Part shown: positions 41,890-53,991 of the stretch, one piece after another | Layout of the letters: each line of letters opens with the position of its first letter | Position numbering within the stretch: position 1 is the stretch's first letter | Source: Alphaproteobacteria bacterium | GTDB taxonomy: Bacteria; Pseudomonadota; Alphaproteobacteria; Bin95 | Length of the DNA stretch: 64,000 nt | Direction of reading: 5' to 3' | NCBI GenBank assembly: GCA_964291285.2 | Contig: OZ219785.1 | Span: forward strand, 800,001-864,000 | Position numbers and translations under genes: made by a program | The notes under the pieces: model-generated | Databases searched by the model: none | Told to the model about the DNA's origin: nothing | The model's input: the letters and a program-made list of their open reading frames with translations, nothing else

Positions 41890-42014
41890 ATGGCGCTACG
41901 GGCCGGGGCAGAATTTGCGGCGGACCATGACGCTTCACGGCAAACACACACATTGCCGTCTAACCTCCCCGCCCCGATGCGGCGGGCGGGGGGAACAGCA
42001 GGGGAGGCGGGGCC

Positions 42015-42366
42015 ATGCTTGCAGTCGTGATCCCCACCCTGAATGCCGCCGCCGGACTGCCCCGAGCGCTCGAGTCGCTGGCGCCGTGGCAGGAGCGAAT
42101 CGCGGAGATCGTGGTCGCAGACGGCAGCTCGACCGACGGCACGCAGGCCGTTGCGGAGGCAGGCGGCGCGCGCGCTCTATGACGCGGTCGGCGGCTATCA
42201 CGACATGCCGCTGATGGAGGATGTGGACCTGGTCCGGCGCATCGGCCGGCACCGCCTCGCGGCGCTCGACGCCGAAATCGTCACCTCCACCACCCGCTAC
42301 CGCCGTGACGGCTACTGGCACCGGCCGCTGCGCAATCTCACCTGCCTCTCGCTCTACTTCGCGGGG
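42015..42366 (+). pseudogene. GT2 glycosyltransferase (TIGR04283-like) remnant with internal deletion
   Basis: MLAVVIPTLNAA...VADGSSTDGT fused out of frame to VGGYHDMPLMEDVDLVRR. Confidence 0.75.
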
Positions 42367-42525
42367 CCGGTTTGCGCGAGAGCGCCTGTCTGGCCTGTCG
42401 GATGCGCCGCGCAGCGGGCAGCCGCGGCGTCAAGGCGATGAGAGGGTTCAGGAGGTCCTAGATGCGACGCTGAACCGCCGGCCGGCGAAGGCGACGCACT
42501 GGAGCGTGCGCAGCCTGTCGGAAGC
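42367..42525 (+). mobile_element. IS630-family transposase fragment
   Basis: RFARERLSGLSDAPRSGQPR...ATHWSVRSLS. Confidence 0.7.
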
Positions 42526-42625
42526 CGGACCCGGCCGGTGCGCGCCCTCGAGGCCGAGGGAGACCCCCGCCCCAGGTGGTGCGAATGGCGCGCAACGGCG
42601 CTCTCGATGCGGCAGTCCGGCAGAC

Positions 42626-43432
42626 TCAATTCCTGTTGAAGCCGAATTCCCCGCGCGATTGCAGAACCCGCTTCCAGTGCGTTTCGCGTTCGACAATCAT
42701 GGCGTCGGCAATACGGGCGGTATGGCTTTCCAGAAGCGAAAACCGGAAATGCTTCCGGCAATGGTCCAGGCCGCGATTCCCGAGCAATTGCTTCAGGTCG
42801 GCATTGTTGCCATGTCCGGTCGCGCTGTATTCGCGCCAACGAGACCAGACGCCGCCGTCGCCGTAGGCCGCCCCGACATACAGCCGCCCCGTTCCCGTAT
42901 CGGTGATCAGATAAACGCCCTTTGCGTTCTCCAGGGCGCCGCGCCAATCGGGCCGGTCGTTGCGGATGAGCGATTCGAGCTCGCCGAAACCGATGTCGAT
43001 CCGGTCATGGCCCGGAAAATCGATCCCGGAATACTCCTCCTTGAGAATTTCGCTTACCGTGAACTCGTCTAGGCGTTTCTCGAAATCCACGCGGGTTCCC
43101 CGTTGGCGCCAGGGAGAATGCAGTTTGAGGCGTCCGATGAAGCTGCGGCCCTGTTCGGTCAGGGATACGGCATATCTGTCCGGCAGCCGCTCCACGACTT
43201 CCCACACACCGCCGAACAACCAGATGTCAGGCTCCCGATGGAAATCGATCACCGAGAAGATATACCGGCGGTTGAACTGGTTGGTTTTGGGTCGAAACTC
43301 CTGCCAGCCTTGCCATTCTTCCCGGCTGCGAACGAAAACGTCGAGCGGTTGATCGAGCTGGTTGCAGCGGGCGAAGTGCAGCTTGTAGAGAGCCGGCTCC
43401 CGTATCGGCCAAATGTCGGTGAGATGAATCAC
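42626..43432 (-). CDS. GIY-YIG nuclease copy 2 (native ATG and RBS removed by IS1380; GTG remains)
   Basis: Close paralogue of 16395..17204 with clustered N-terminal substitutions. Confidence 0.8.
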   Translation of the reverse strand: MIHLTDIWPIREPALYKLHFARCNQLDQPLDVFVRSREEWQGWQEFRPKTNQFNRRYIFSVIDFHREPDIWLFGGVWEVVERLPDRYAVSLTEQGRSFIGRLKLHSPWRQRGTRVDFEKRLDEFTVSEILKEEYSGIDFPGHDRIDIGFGELESLIRNDRPDWRGALENAKGVYLITDTGTGRLYVGAAYGDGGVWSRWREYSATGHGNNADLKQLLGNRGLDHCRKHFRFSLLESHTARIADAMIVERETHWKRVLQSRGEFGFNRN

Positions 43433-45128
43433 CCTAAATCCGGCAGTTGAGGATGGCTTGGCCTTGCCGAATCCCTTGTAGTCTGCGGGTATGAGCGGCT
43501 TTTCAGGGGCCGAAGAGGCTCACCCTTTGGGTGATTATCCTGGCGCTGTGCGGGATGTCGCCCGAGCGTCGGTGAAGGTGGACACCTTCGGCGGCGCGGT
43601 TCATGTGGAATGGGACCCGGACGCGGCGGTAACGCCGCTGGGGCATCTGGCGTTTTTCGCGAAATACCTGAAGGTGAGCGGTCGCTTTGACGCTTTGGTT
43701 GCGGACTGCCCGCTGCGGTACACGAGCCCGAACGCGCCGTCGAAGCGGGATGTCTTGGGTACGGTGCTGCTGTCGGTTCTGGCGGGGCAATCGCGGTATG
43801 CGCACATCACGTCGTTGCGCGGCGACGGAGTGAACCCTGCGCTGTTGGGAATGGACAAGGTTGCGAGCGAGGATTCGGTGCGGCGCGGTCTGGAGCGGAT
43901 CGGTGCGGAGGCCGGCACATCGTGGCTTCAGGGCCATCTGGACGAGGTGGTCCGTCCGCTGCTGAGGGAGCCGTGGGTTCTGGACTGCGACACGACGATC
44001 AAGCCGCTTTACGGTCGTCAGGAGGGGGCGGTTGTGAGCTACAACCCGAAGAAGCCGGGCCGCCCCTCGCATGCCTGCCATGCGTTCCTGATGGCGGGGA
44101 CGCGGCTTGTTCTTGATGTCGAGGTGGCGCCGGGCAACCATCACCATTCGAGGCGCGCGGCGCCGTCCTTGTGGGCGTTGCTCGACCGTCTCGGTCGGGA
44201 TCGCTGGCCGCGTCTGGTGCGGGGCGACAAGGACTGGGGCAGCGAGGCCAACATGGCGTCGTGCGAGGCTGCGGGTCCGGACTATCTGTTCAAGCTGCGC
44301 CTGACGAAGGGGGCGCGCCGGCTTGCCGAGCGTCTGATGGCGCGGGACGGCTGGGAGGATGCGGGCCAGGGCTGGTCGGGGATCGGGGCCGATCTGCGTC
44401 TGCAGGGCTGGAGCCGGACGCGCCGGGTTGTGGTGCTGCGCCGGCGGCTTCCTGCGACGCTGGCGCTGACGCGTGGCGACAAGGCCCGGGGCGAGTTGTT
44501 CTGGACCGGGGCGCAGCCCGGCACCGGGGTATGGGAGTTCGCGGTGCTGGCGACCTCGCTGGACCTGGAGATACGCTCGCTGGCCCAGCTCTACCGCGAC
44601 CGGGCGGACGCGGAGAACGGCTTCAACGAGTTGAAGAACCAGTGGGGCTGGGGCGGCTTCACCACGCGCGACCTGACGCGCTGCCGGCACATGGCCCGGC
44701 TGGTCGCGCTCATCTACAACTGGTGGAGCCTGTTCGTGCGCCTCGCCGACCCCGACCATCACCGCGAGGCGATCACCAGCCGGCCGCTGCTCCTGCACGG
44801 GGTTGCCCGCCAGACCCACCACGCCGGCCAGACCCGGCTGACGGTGACCTCCCATCACGGGCGTCGCAAGACGGTGATGGCGGCGCTGCGCCGGATCGCC
44901 GGCTTCTTCCGGTCGCTGACGCAAACTGCGGAGCAGTTGAGCGCCGGGGATCGCTGGCGCCGCATCCTCGCCGAGGCGCTCAGGAAATACCTCCATGGCC
45001 GCGAACCGGGGCGTCAACCCTGGCTGCCGCCACCCAGGGCCGCGACCGCGTGCTGAAATCCACGCCCAAATCCGACCGTTCACACTACCCCGAGACAGCG
45101 ATCAAGCCTGTCAACTGCCGGATTTAGG
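43433..45128 (+). mobile_element. IS1380-like element copy 1, intact transposase 43491..45056
   Basis: Perfect 18-bp TIR CCTAAATCCGGCAGTTGA; LDCDTT, VRGDKDWG, YRDRADAENGFNELK. Confidence 0.9.
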
Positions 45129-45653
45129 ATAAACGCCCTTTGCGTTCTCCAGGGCGCCGCGCCAATCGGGCCGGTCGTTGCAGATGAGCGATTCGAGCTC
45201 GCCGAAACCGATGTCGATCCGGTCATGGCCCGGAAAATCGATCCCGGAATACTCCTCCTTGAGAATTTCGCTTACCGTGAATTCGTCCAGGCGTTTCTCG
45301 AAATTCACGCGGGTTCCCCGTTGGCGCCAGGGAGAATGCAGTTTGAGGCGTCCGATGAAGCCGCGGCCCTGTTCGGTCAGCGATACGACATATCTGTCCG
45401 GCAGCCGCTCCACGACTTCCCACACACCGCCGAACAACCAGATGTCAGGCTCCCGATGGAAATCGATCACCGAGAAGATATACGGGCGGTTGAAATCGTT
45501 GTTTTTCGGTCGATGCTCCTGCCAGCCTTGCCATTCTTCCCGGCTGCGAACGAAAACGTCGAGCGGTTGGTTGGACTGGTTGCAGCGGGCGAAGTGCAGC
45601 TTGTAGAGAGCCGGCTCCCGTATCGGCCAAATGTCGGTGAGATGAATCACCAT
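45129..45653 (-). pseudogene. GIY-YIG copy 3, truncated at GVY by IS1380
   Basis: Nearly identical to the 5' part of copy 1. Confidence 0.88.
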
Positions 45654-45684
45654 ACGCCCTCAGCCGAGCCGGGCCTGCATTCTC

Positions 45685-48600
45685 CTACCATCGCAGCGCG
45701 CCGCGCAGCATGAGGCTGTCTTCGGGGGCCGGGCCCGGCCGGTGCGCGCCCTCGAGGCCGAGGGAGAGCCCCGCGCCCATGCGGTAGCGCGCGCCGAGCC
45801 GCAGGGTGCGCCCGCCCGTCTCCGCCAGGCTGAGGCCGGCCCAGGGGGTGAGCACCGCCAGCGGTCCCGGACCGGCAAGGCCGAACCCGTGGCCCACCTC
45901 CGCCTCCAGGCGGCTCTCCGCCCCTTCCGGCGCCGTGCTGTCCGCCGCCGCGGGCAGGCCGTGGTCGAACAGCCGGTCCAGGCCGCTCTCCGTGCGCCCG
46001 TGCGCGGGACCGAAGGCGAGGAACGTCCCGCGCCCGTCGGCCCCGGGGTCGAGGCGCACCAGCGCGCTCACGCCCCATTCGTCGCGGTCCGCCTCGTGCG
46101 CCGCCAGAAGCCGCGCGCGCAGCTCCGCCGTCAGACCCGCCGCCGGGTCATGCCAGGTCACGCCCGCCCCGGCCTCGAGGCCCGCCCCTTCGGCAACGTC
46201 GCCGCCGTCATGGCGCACCCCCGCCTCCAGCGCCGGCGTCAGCGTCGCACCGCCCGCCAGCGCGTGCTCGTACGAGCCCTCCAGCAGCAGCCGCAGACGG
46301 GTCGTCCTCGCCGTCAGCCCCGCCAGGCCGTCATCGGACCCCGTGCGCAGGCGCGACGCCGAACCCTCGCCCTTCACCGCAAGGCGCGTCATCCCGCCCG
46401 CCATGAGCTCCGCATCCTCGACCAGGACGCTGCGCCCGCCCGCGGACGCGCTCCACTGCGTCAGGTCCGCACTGCGCGAAGGCGCGCCCTCCTCGGCAAC
46501 CCGCACCTCGCCGGTCCCGTAGCCGAGGCTCGCCCACAGGGTCGAGCCGTCCGGCAGCAACCACGCCGCATAGGGATGCACCGACGTGATCGTCGTCTCG
46601 TGCACGCCCTTCACCCGGCCGCCGGCGGCGCCGGTCGTCCGCGTGTCCAGTTCGCCCCGCGCATGGGAGAGCGCCGCCCCGGCCAGAAGGTCCGGGCGCA
46701 CCCGCAGGTCCGCCCCCAGCTGCGCCGACCACAGGCCGCCGTCCCAGGCGACATCCTTCTCCGAACCCGACAGCGACAGCCACTCGCCCCGGCCCCATAC
46801 CGCCAACGGCGGCGGGGACGCCTCGCCGTCGGCGCCCGCCGCCAGCGTGAAGGACGCCCCGTCCAGTATCTCGCTCAGGGTCGGGCCGGGCTCCTCAGGG
46901 CGCGGCGGCGCGGACCGGGCGGCCCGGGCATACCCGACCGGCGACGACGGCAGGGCGCCGAACCGCAGCGAACTGCCCGGCCTGCCGGACGCCGCCGCCT
47001 CGATCCGACCCGTCACCGCCCCCAGCGTCCGCGACATCGCCGCCGCCGCCACATGCGGCAGCACCGCCGCATTCACCCGGTTCGACCGTGCAACGGACCC
47101 CGGCGCACGGTCGCGCAGCACGCCCGCAGCCGTCGCGTCGCTCCCCACCGCGTAGTCCGCACCGTCGTTCAGCGTGATGCGGTAGGCTTCCGCCCCCTCC
47201 GTATCCGCATCGGCCGCCGTCGGGATCGTCACCACCCCCGTGGTGCGCCCCGCGGCGCCGAATACCGCATCGAACGAACGCGGCCCCGGACCGCCCGGAA
47301 CGTCACCGGCATCGAAGCCGCTGGCATTGCGCGCCGACAGCGTCAGGCTGACCGTCAGGCTGCCCGTCAATGCCCGGTCGGCGGTCACCGTGAGGCGGAT
47401 GTCGTCGCCCTCGGTCACCGCCGCCGGGTCCTGCGCCAGCGTCAGCACCGGCAACAGCGTCGTGTCCGTCACTGTCACCGCCACCGGATCGATGGTCACC
47501 GAACCGTAGCCGCCACCGCTCGCACCATGGGTCAGCGTCGCCGTGTCGTCCACCGTGTCCTCGTCACGGGCCGCGCGCACCGTCACCGTCTGCGCCGTGT
47601 CCCAGTTGGTGGTCGTGAAGGTCAGGCTCGCCGGTTCCACCGTCACGTCCCCCGACGCGCCGCCCACCGTCACCGTGACATCGCCCGAGGGTTCCGTATC
47701 CAGCACCACCGTGTAGGCCGCACTGCTGCCCTCCGACACCCTCAGCGCGGTCGGCGTCACCGTCACGCTTCCGTCTGCGGCGGGGGTCGTGCCGCCGCCT
47801 CCGCCGGACGGCGGCGCCACCGGCGCCACCGGCGTCGCCGTCACCGGCGCATCCGGGCCGGCGCCGTTGCCGGCCCCGTTCACCGCGCGCACCTCGAACT
47901 GGTACGCGGTGCCGTTGGTCAGCCCGCTGACCTCGTGACTGGTGGTACCCGCACCGGAGCCAAGAATGTCCTCCCACTCGCCCCACTCACCGCTGCCGGC
48001 CTTCCGCCGGACTTGCCACTTCGTGATGGTCGGATTGTCCGGGTCGGTCCAGGTCAGCGTTGCCGAAGCGTTGCCCGCCGCGGCGGCAAGGCCGGCCGGC
48101 TTCAACGGCGCCGCATCCTTCTCCGCCACGCGCACCACCACATCGGCAATGCTCACCGAGGCGTAACCGCCGCCAGACGCGCTGTGCGTCAGCGTCACGT
48201 CGGCGTCCGTCACCGTGTCCGTGTCCGTGCCGGCGTTCACCGTCACCGTCTGCGGCTGGTTCCAGTCGGTCCGGGTGAAGGTCAGCGGCGAACCCGTCAC
48301 CGTCACGTCCCCCGACGCGCCGCCCACCGTTATCGTCACATCCGATGTCGGCGGCGTGTTCAGCCGCATCGTGTACGTCCTGCTGCCGCCTTCCGCCACC
48401 GTCAGCGCCGCCGTCGACACCGTCACTCCCGGCGTATCGGCCACCGTCACGTCCACCGTGCCCGCATCCGGGATCGCATCCGCAGAAGCCCCCGTCAGCC
48501 GGAAGGCGTGGTTGATCACCGCCGTGCCGTTCGCCACACCGGTCACCGTCACCGTCCGCGCCGTGTTGTAGTTGGCGGTCGTGAAGGTCAGGCTCGCCGG

Positions 48601-51600
48601 ACTTACCCGCGCCGCCGCCGTGGTGTCGCTCGTGATCCGCAGCGTCCCCGCATACGCCTTCGTCAGCGCCACCGTGTAGGTCGCCGTGGAACCGGGCGCC
48701 ACCGTCACCGGCGTCCCGGTCAGCGTGAGCGCCGCCGTGGTGTCGTCCTTGAAGGTCACCGTACGGATGTTCGACCAGGGACCCTGAAGGTTGCCCGTTC
48801 CCCCGGCGACACCCGCCATGCGATAGCCCGTTGCCCGAACCCGGACCTCGACCGATGCCCCGTCAGGATAGTTCAGCAGAAGCCGATTGCTGCGAGAGCC
48901 CGGGTTCTGTCTGGCACTGGCCTGGTTGAGACTGCGATCCGTCCAGGCGGTTTCGCCCTTCAGCCGGGTCTGCGCTCTCCACCAATGGAACTTGGCCGCG
49001 TCTTTCACATAGTCGTCCGCATCCGACAACTCGTTCGAGCCGCCGGCATGGGTCCAGGTCAGGTCGATCTGCCCGTTCGTCGTCGAGGTCGCCGCCGTCA
49101 GCACCGGGGCCGCCGGATCGGTCTTCGCCGTCACCTCGTCCGACCACACCGACTGCACCCCGGGACTGACCGCGGCAAACAGGCGGAACGTGTAGTCCGT
49201 CCCCTTCGTCAGCCCCGTCACCCGGACGCTCGTCCTGCTTCTGCCCGTGACCGTCGTGGTCGTGTTCCAGCCCCCCGTGCTCTTGTACTGGTAGCCCCAG
49301 CTCGTTATCGGAATGCCCGACAGGCCGCTCCAGCTCAGGGTGACCGAGGCATCGCCTCCTGCCGCCGTCAGGACCGGCTTGGGAACCTTGTTCGTCGGCG
49401 TCGCCTTCACCTGGTCCGACCACACCGACTGCACACCGGGACCGACCGCGGCGAACAGCCGGAACGTGTATTCCGTCCCGATCGTCAGACCCGTCACCGT
49501 GGCGCTCGTCGTGCTGCCGCCGGTGACCGTCCGGGTCCTGATCCAGCTGCCGCCCGCGGGCTTGTACTGATAACCCCAGCTCGCAACCGTCACACCCGAC
49601 AAGGCGCTCCAGCTCAGGGTGACCCTGGCGTAACCCGGTTCGGCGCTCAGCACCGGCTTGGGAACCGCCGCCGACGCCGACGGCGTCGCCTCCACCACCG
49701 CCGACGCGGCGCCGTTGCCGCCGCTGTTCCGCGCCCGGATGCGGAAGCGGTACTCGCTGTCGTTGTCCAGACCCGTCACCGTGTGGGTCGTGGTGTCCGC
49801 GTCCGAACCGGAAATCGCGGTCCAGCTGCCCCAGGCGGCGCTGCCCTTCCTCTGCTGCACCCGATACCTCGTGATCGAATCGTCGTCCGGATCGGTCCAC
49901 GTCAGCTTCACCTGACGGTTGCCCGCCTCCGCCGACAACCCCGTCGGCGCCGCGGGGACGGCGACGGTGGGGGCCGCCGTGGGTGTGGCGGTGACTTCGT
50001 TGGAGTCAGGATCTGCTGTTGACTGGATCATCGCAGGTGGAGGACTCGTAACTCCGCGTGAGACCTTGAAAGTGTATGCGGCGCCGTTTTCCAGACCTGT
50101 CACGGTGTGCGTTCGGACGGTCTTGCCGCCGGGAATCTCCACGCCAAAGCTGTAGCTTCCGCTGCCTTTCTTCTGCGCGTACCGCCAGTGATCAAACGCC
50201 TCCCCATCGTCGTTGGTATAGGTCCAGGACAACGTCACCTGCCCGTCCCCCGTCGCGGCGGTGAGGGTGATGGTCGGCATCGCGGCCGCGAGGGTCGTGC
50301 CGGTGGCTTTTGCGCGGGAGCCTGGAGGGCATGACGCAGTAGGATCGGGATTGACAGGATGCGTCGCTTGAAGAGCGATCTCGTATTCGGTGCCGGCGTC
50401 CAGGCCGGTCAGCGTGTGGCTGGTCGCGGCGGCATCCGAGATGGTGACAGAGCTCGAACTTCCCCCGGTCTTCTTGTAAGACAATTCCCAGCCGTTGCGT
50501 AAGATATCGGTCGGTGCATTCCAGGTGACGGCAAACCCGTCCGAACGCGGCGCAAGGCTCAGGTTCGTCGGTGCTCCCACGCCAGGGCAGCTGTCCGCAG
50601 GCGTCGCCGTCACCCAGCCCGTGGCGGCGCCGTCGCCGGAGGCGTTCACCGCACGGATCATGAAACTGTATTCGGCGGCGTTGTCCAGACCCGTCACCAT
50701 GTGCCTCACGGTGTTCGCGCCCGAACCCGTCATGGTACCCCACGTGGCGCTGGCCTTTGACGGCGTCTTGGCGTAGCGCAGCTTGTAGCCGGTGATCGTG
50801 CCGGCCGGCTTGGTCCACGTCAGCAACACCTGCGCGGGGCCGCCGGGCGTCGCCGTCAGACCCGTCGGCGCGGCGGGCGTCGTGGTCGTGGCCGCCGTTG
50901 GCGTCGCCGTGGCCGCGTTCGAGTACCCTCCCCCACTAGCGAAGACGGAAAAGTTAAGACCGGCACCTTCCGCCCTTGCCACCTGGAAGGTATAGGAGGT
51001 GCCGGCGTTCAACCCTGTGACCGTGTGGGCTCTGATGGTGGCGCCGCCCGGTATATCGATCCAGTCGCCGTAACCTCCTCCGGTGACCCCCTGTCGGTAA
51101 ACCCAATATCCAAATCCAGTGTTGCCGGTACGAGTCCAGGTGAGTGTGACACTGCCGACACCCGCGGTTGCCGTAAGCGCCGGCTTCGCCTGTGCGGGCG
51201 CGGGGTCGGTGATGGTGACGGTGGTGGAGGTCGTGCCCGCCGTGGCGGTGCCGTCCTGGCCCCTCCAGCTCCAGGTGACGGTATGTGTGCCCTTGCCCAG
51301 ATTGACGCAGGGACTGAGGTTGACGCCGCGCCCCTTCGTGATGCCGGCGGGAGCCTGCGTGATCTCGACGCCGAGGCTCGCGTCGGAGAGCACCGAATGC
51401 GCGGTCACGGCCGTCTTGCCCTGACGCGCCTCCAGGTACGTGGTCGCACCCTGCGAGACCGAAAGCAGGTTGTAGCACACCTGCGTCGTCGTCTCGGCGG
51501 TCCTGATGGTGCTGTCCGGTCCGGAGACCAGCGTCGGGGCCGGCACCTGCGGTGTGGCGCTCACCTGGTTGCTTTGACGGAAAGCTGTATTGGCATCAGT

Positions 51601-52055
51601 CTGCGCGTAGACAATGAACTGATAAGCGGTTCCGTTCGTCAGGCCCGTTACCGTGTGGCTTCTGGTGCCGGAGTTGGAAGCTGGAATAACGATGGGTGTC
51701 CCAGCCCAAGTATATGTACCGCCATTGATCTTGTACCCCCAACCGGTTAGCCCGCTGCCGGTATACGTCCAGTTCAGCGTCACCTGCCCGTCCCCCGCTG
51801 TTGCGGTAAGAACGGGGGTCTGCGCCTGCGCAGCCTGCGGCGCAAAGACGGTGGTCAGTGTGATGAGGAAGAGGGCAGCGAGTCCCGCGCTCAGGCGGCG
51901 GGCGGTTCTCCCGGGGGCGCCCACCGGTTCAGCCCCGCGCCCTGACTCTTGAGGGGGGGGGGGGGTACAACGAGTTCGGGTTCGCGCGCGCGTGAGGCGC
52001 TCCGCCCGAAGAGCCGCAGGTCATGCATCCCGACATCGCCCGGCATCCGCGTCAT
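45685..52055 (-). CDS. Fibronectin type III autotransporter adhesin, copy 2 (poly-C13 puts ATG 52055 out of frame; open from 51924)
   Basis: 2079-aa ORF with about ten FN3 repeats and a C-terminal barrel; the RBS-preceded MTRMPGDVG leader stops after the tract. Confidence 0.85.
51953..51965 (-). repeat. Poly-C13 tract (out of frame)
   Basis: G13 on the + strand, vs G11 in copy 1. Confidence 0.9.
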
Positions 52056-52132
52056 GGCCCCATCCTCCCGTCCCGAATTCCAAGCCGCCGCGCCTGCACG
52101 GCCGCAGCGAACCCGCCGGTGCAACCCATAAC

Positions 52133-53828
52133 CCTAAATCCGGCAGTTGACGAGCTTGATCGCTGTCTCGGGGTAGTGTGAACGGTCGGATTTGGGCGTG
52201 GATTTCAGCACGTGGTCGCGGCCCTGGGTGGCGGCAGCCAGGGTTGACGCCCCGGTTCGCGGCCATGGAGGTATTTCCTGAGCGCCTCGGCGAGGATGCG
52301 GCGCCAGCGATCCCCGGCGCTCAACTGCTCCGCAGTTTGCGTCAGCGACCGGAAGAAGCCGGCGATCCGGCGCAGCGCCGCCATCACCGTCTTGCGACGC
52401 CCGTGATGGGAGGTCACCGTCAGCCGGGTCTGGCCGGCGTGGTGGGTCTGGCGGGCAACCCCGTGCAGGAGCAGCGGCCGGCTGGTGATCGCCTCGCGGT
52501 GATGGTCGGGGTCGGCGAGGCGCACGAACAGGCTCCACCAGTTGTAGATGAGCGCGACCAGCCGGGCCATGTGCCGGCAGCGCGTCAGGTCGCGCGTGGT
52601 GAAGCCGCCCCAACCCCACTGGTTCTTCAACTCGTCGAAGCCGTTCTCCGCGTCCGCCCGGTCGCGGTAGAGCTGGGCCAGCGAGCGTATCTCCAGGTCC
52701 AGCGAGGTCGCCAGCACCGCGAACTCCCATACCCCGGTGCCGGGCTGCGCCTCGGTCCAGAACAGCTCGCCCTGGGCCTTGTCGCCACGCGTCAGCGCCA
52801 GCGTCGCAGGAAGCCGCCGACGCAGCACCACAACCCGGCGCGTCCGGCTCCAGCCCTGCAGACGCAGATCGGCCCCGATCCCCGACCAGCCCTGGCCCGC
52901 ATCCTCCCAGCCGTCCCGCGCCATCAGCCGCTCGGCAAGCCGGCGCGCCCCCTTCGTCAGGCGCAGCTTGAACAGATAGTCCGGACCCGCAGCCTCGCAC
53001 GACGCCATGTTGGCCTCGCTGCCCCAGTCCTTGTCGCCCCGCACCAGACGCGGCCAGCGATCCCGCCCAAGACGGTCGAGCAACGCCCACAAGGACGGCG
53101 CCGCGCGCCTCGAATGGTGATGGTTGCCCGGCGCCACCTCGACATCCAGAACAAGCCGCGTGCCCGCCATCAGGAACGCATGGCAGGCATGCGAGGGGCG
53201 GCCCGGCTTCTTCGGGTTGTAGCTCACAACCGCTCCCTCCTGACGACCGTAAAGCGCCTTGATCGTCGTGTCGCAGTCCAGAACCCACGGCTCCCTCAGC
53301 AGCGGACGGACCACCTCGTCCAGATGGCCCTGAAGCCACGATGTGCCGACATCCGCACCGATCCGCTCCAGACCGCGCCGCACCGAATCCTCGCTCGCAA
53401 CCTTGTCCATACCCAGCAGCGCAGGGTTCACCCCGTCGCCGCGCAGCGACGTGATGTGCGCATAGCGAGACTGCCCCGCCAGAACCGACAGAAGAACCGT
53501 CCCCAGGACATCCCGCTTCGACGGCGCGTTCGGGCTCGTGTACCGCAGCGGGCAGTCCGCAACCAAAGCGTCAAAGCGACCGCTCACCTTCAGCTATTCC
53601 GCGAAAAACGCCAGATGGCCCAGCGGCGTCACCGCCGCATCAGGGTCCCATTCCACATGAACCGCGCCGCCGAAGGTGTCAACCTTCACGAACGCTCGGG
53701 CGACATCCCGCACAGCGCCAGGATAATCACCCACAGGGTGAGCCTCTTCGGCCCCTGAAAAGCCGCTCATACCCGAAGACTACAAGGGATTCGGCAAGGC
53801 CACGCCATACTCAACTGCCGGATTTAGG
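52133..53828 (-). mobile_element. IS1380-like element copy 2, inverted; transposase 52205..53770 has a nonsense codon at 53594..53596
   Basis: Same TIRs; TAC changed to TAG at codon 59. Confidence 0.9.
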
Positions 53829-53991
53829 ATGACACAACATGACATCCCATGACATATCCGCATCCTCTCCCGCGCCCCGCTCCCTCGCCGGAGGCGCGCA
53901 TCTGTCCGCAGCGGCTTCGCATTGCGCAGCGCGGCCCGCTTCTCCCGGCCGCATCGGGGCGCAGCAACGGCGCCGCCGTCCCCGCTCCCGC

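Noticed and set aside
45742-50022. Long antisense or alternate-frame ORFs (also 31812..35144, 54214..57123, 25172..27403)
   Set aside because: Shadow ORFs of GC-rich genes with no recognisable motifs.
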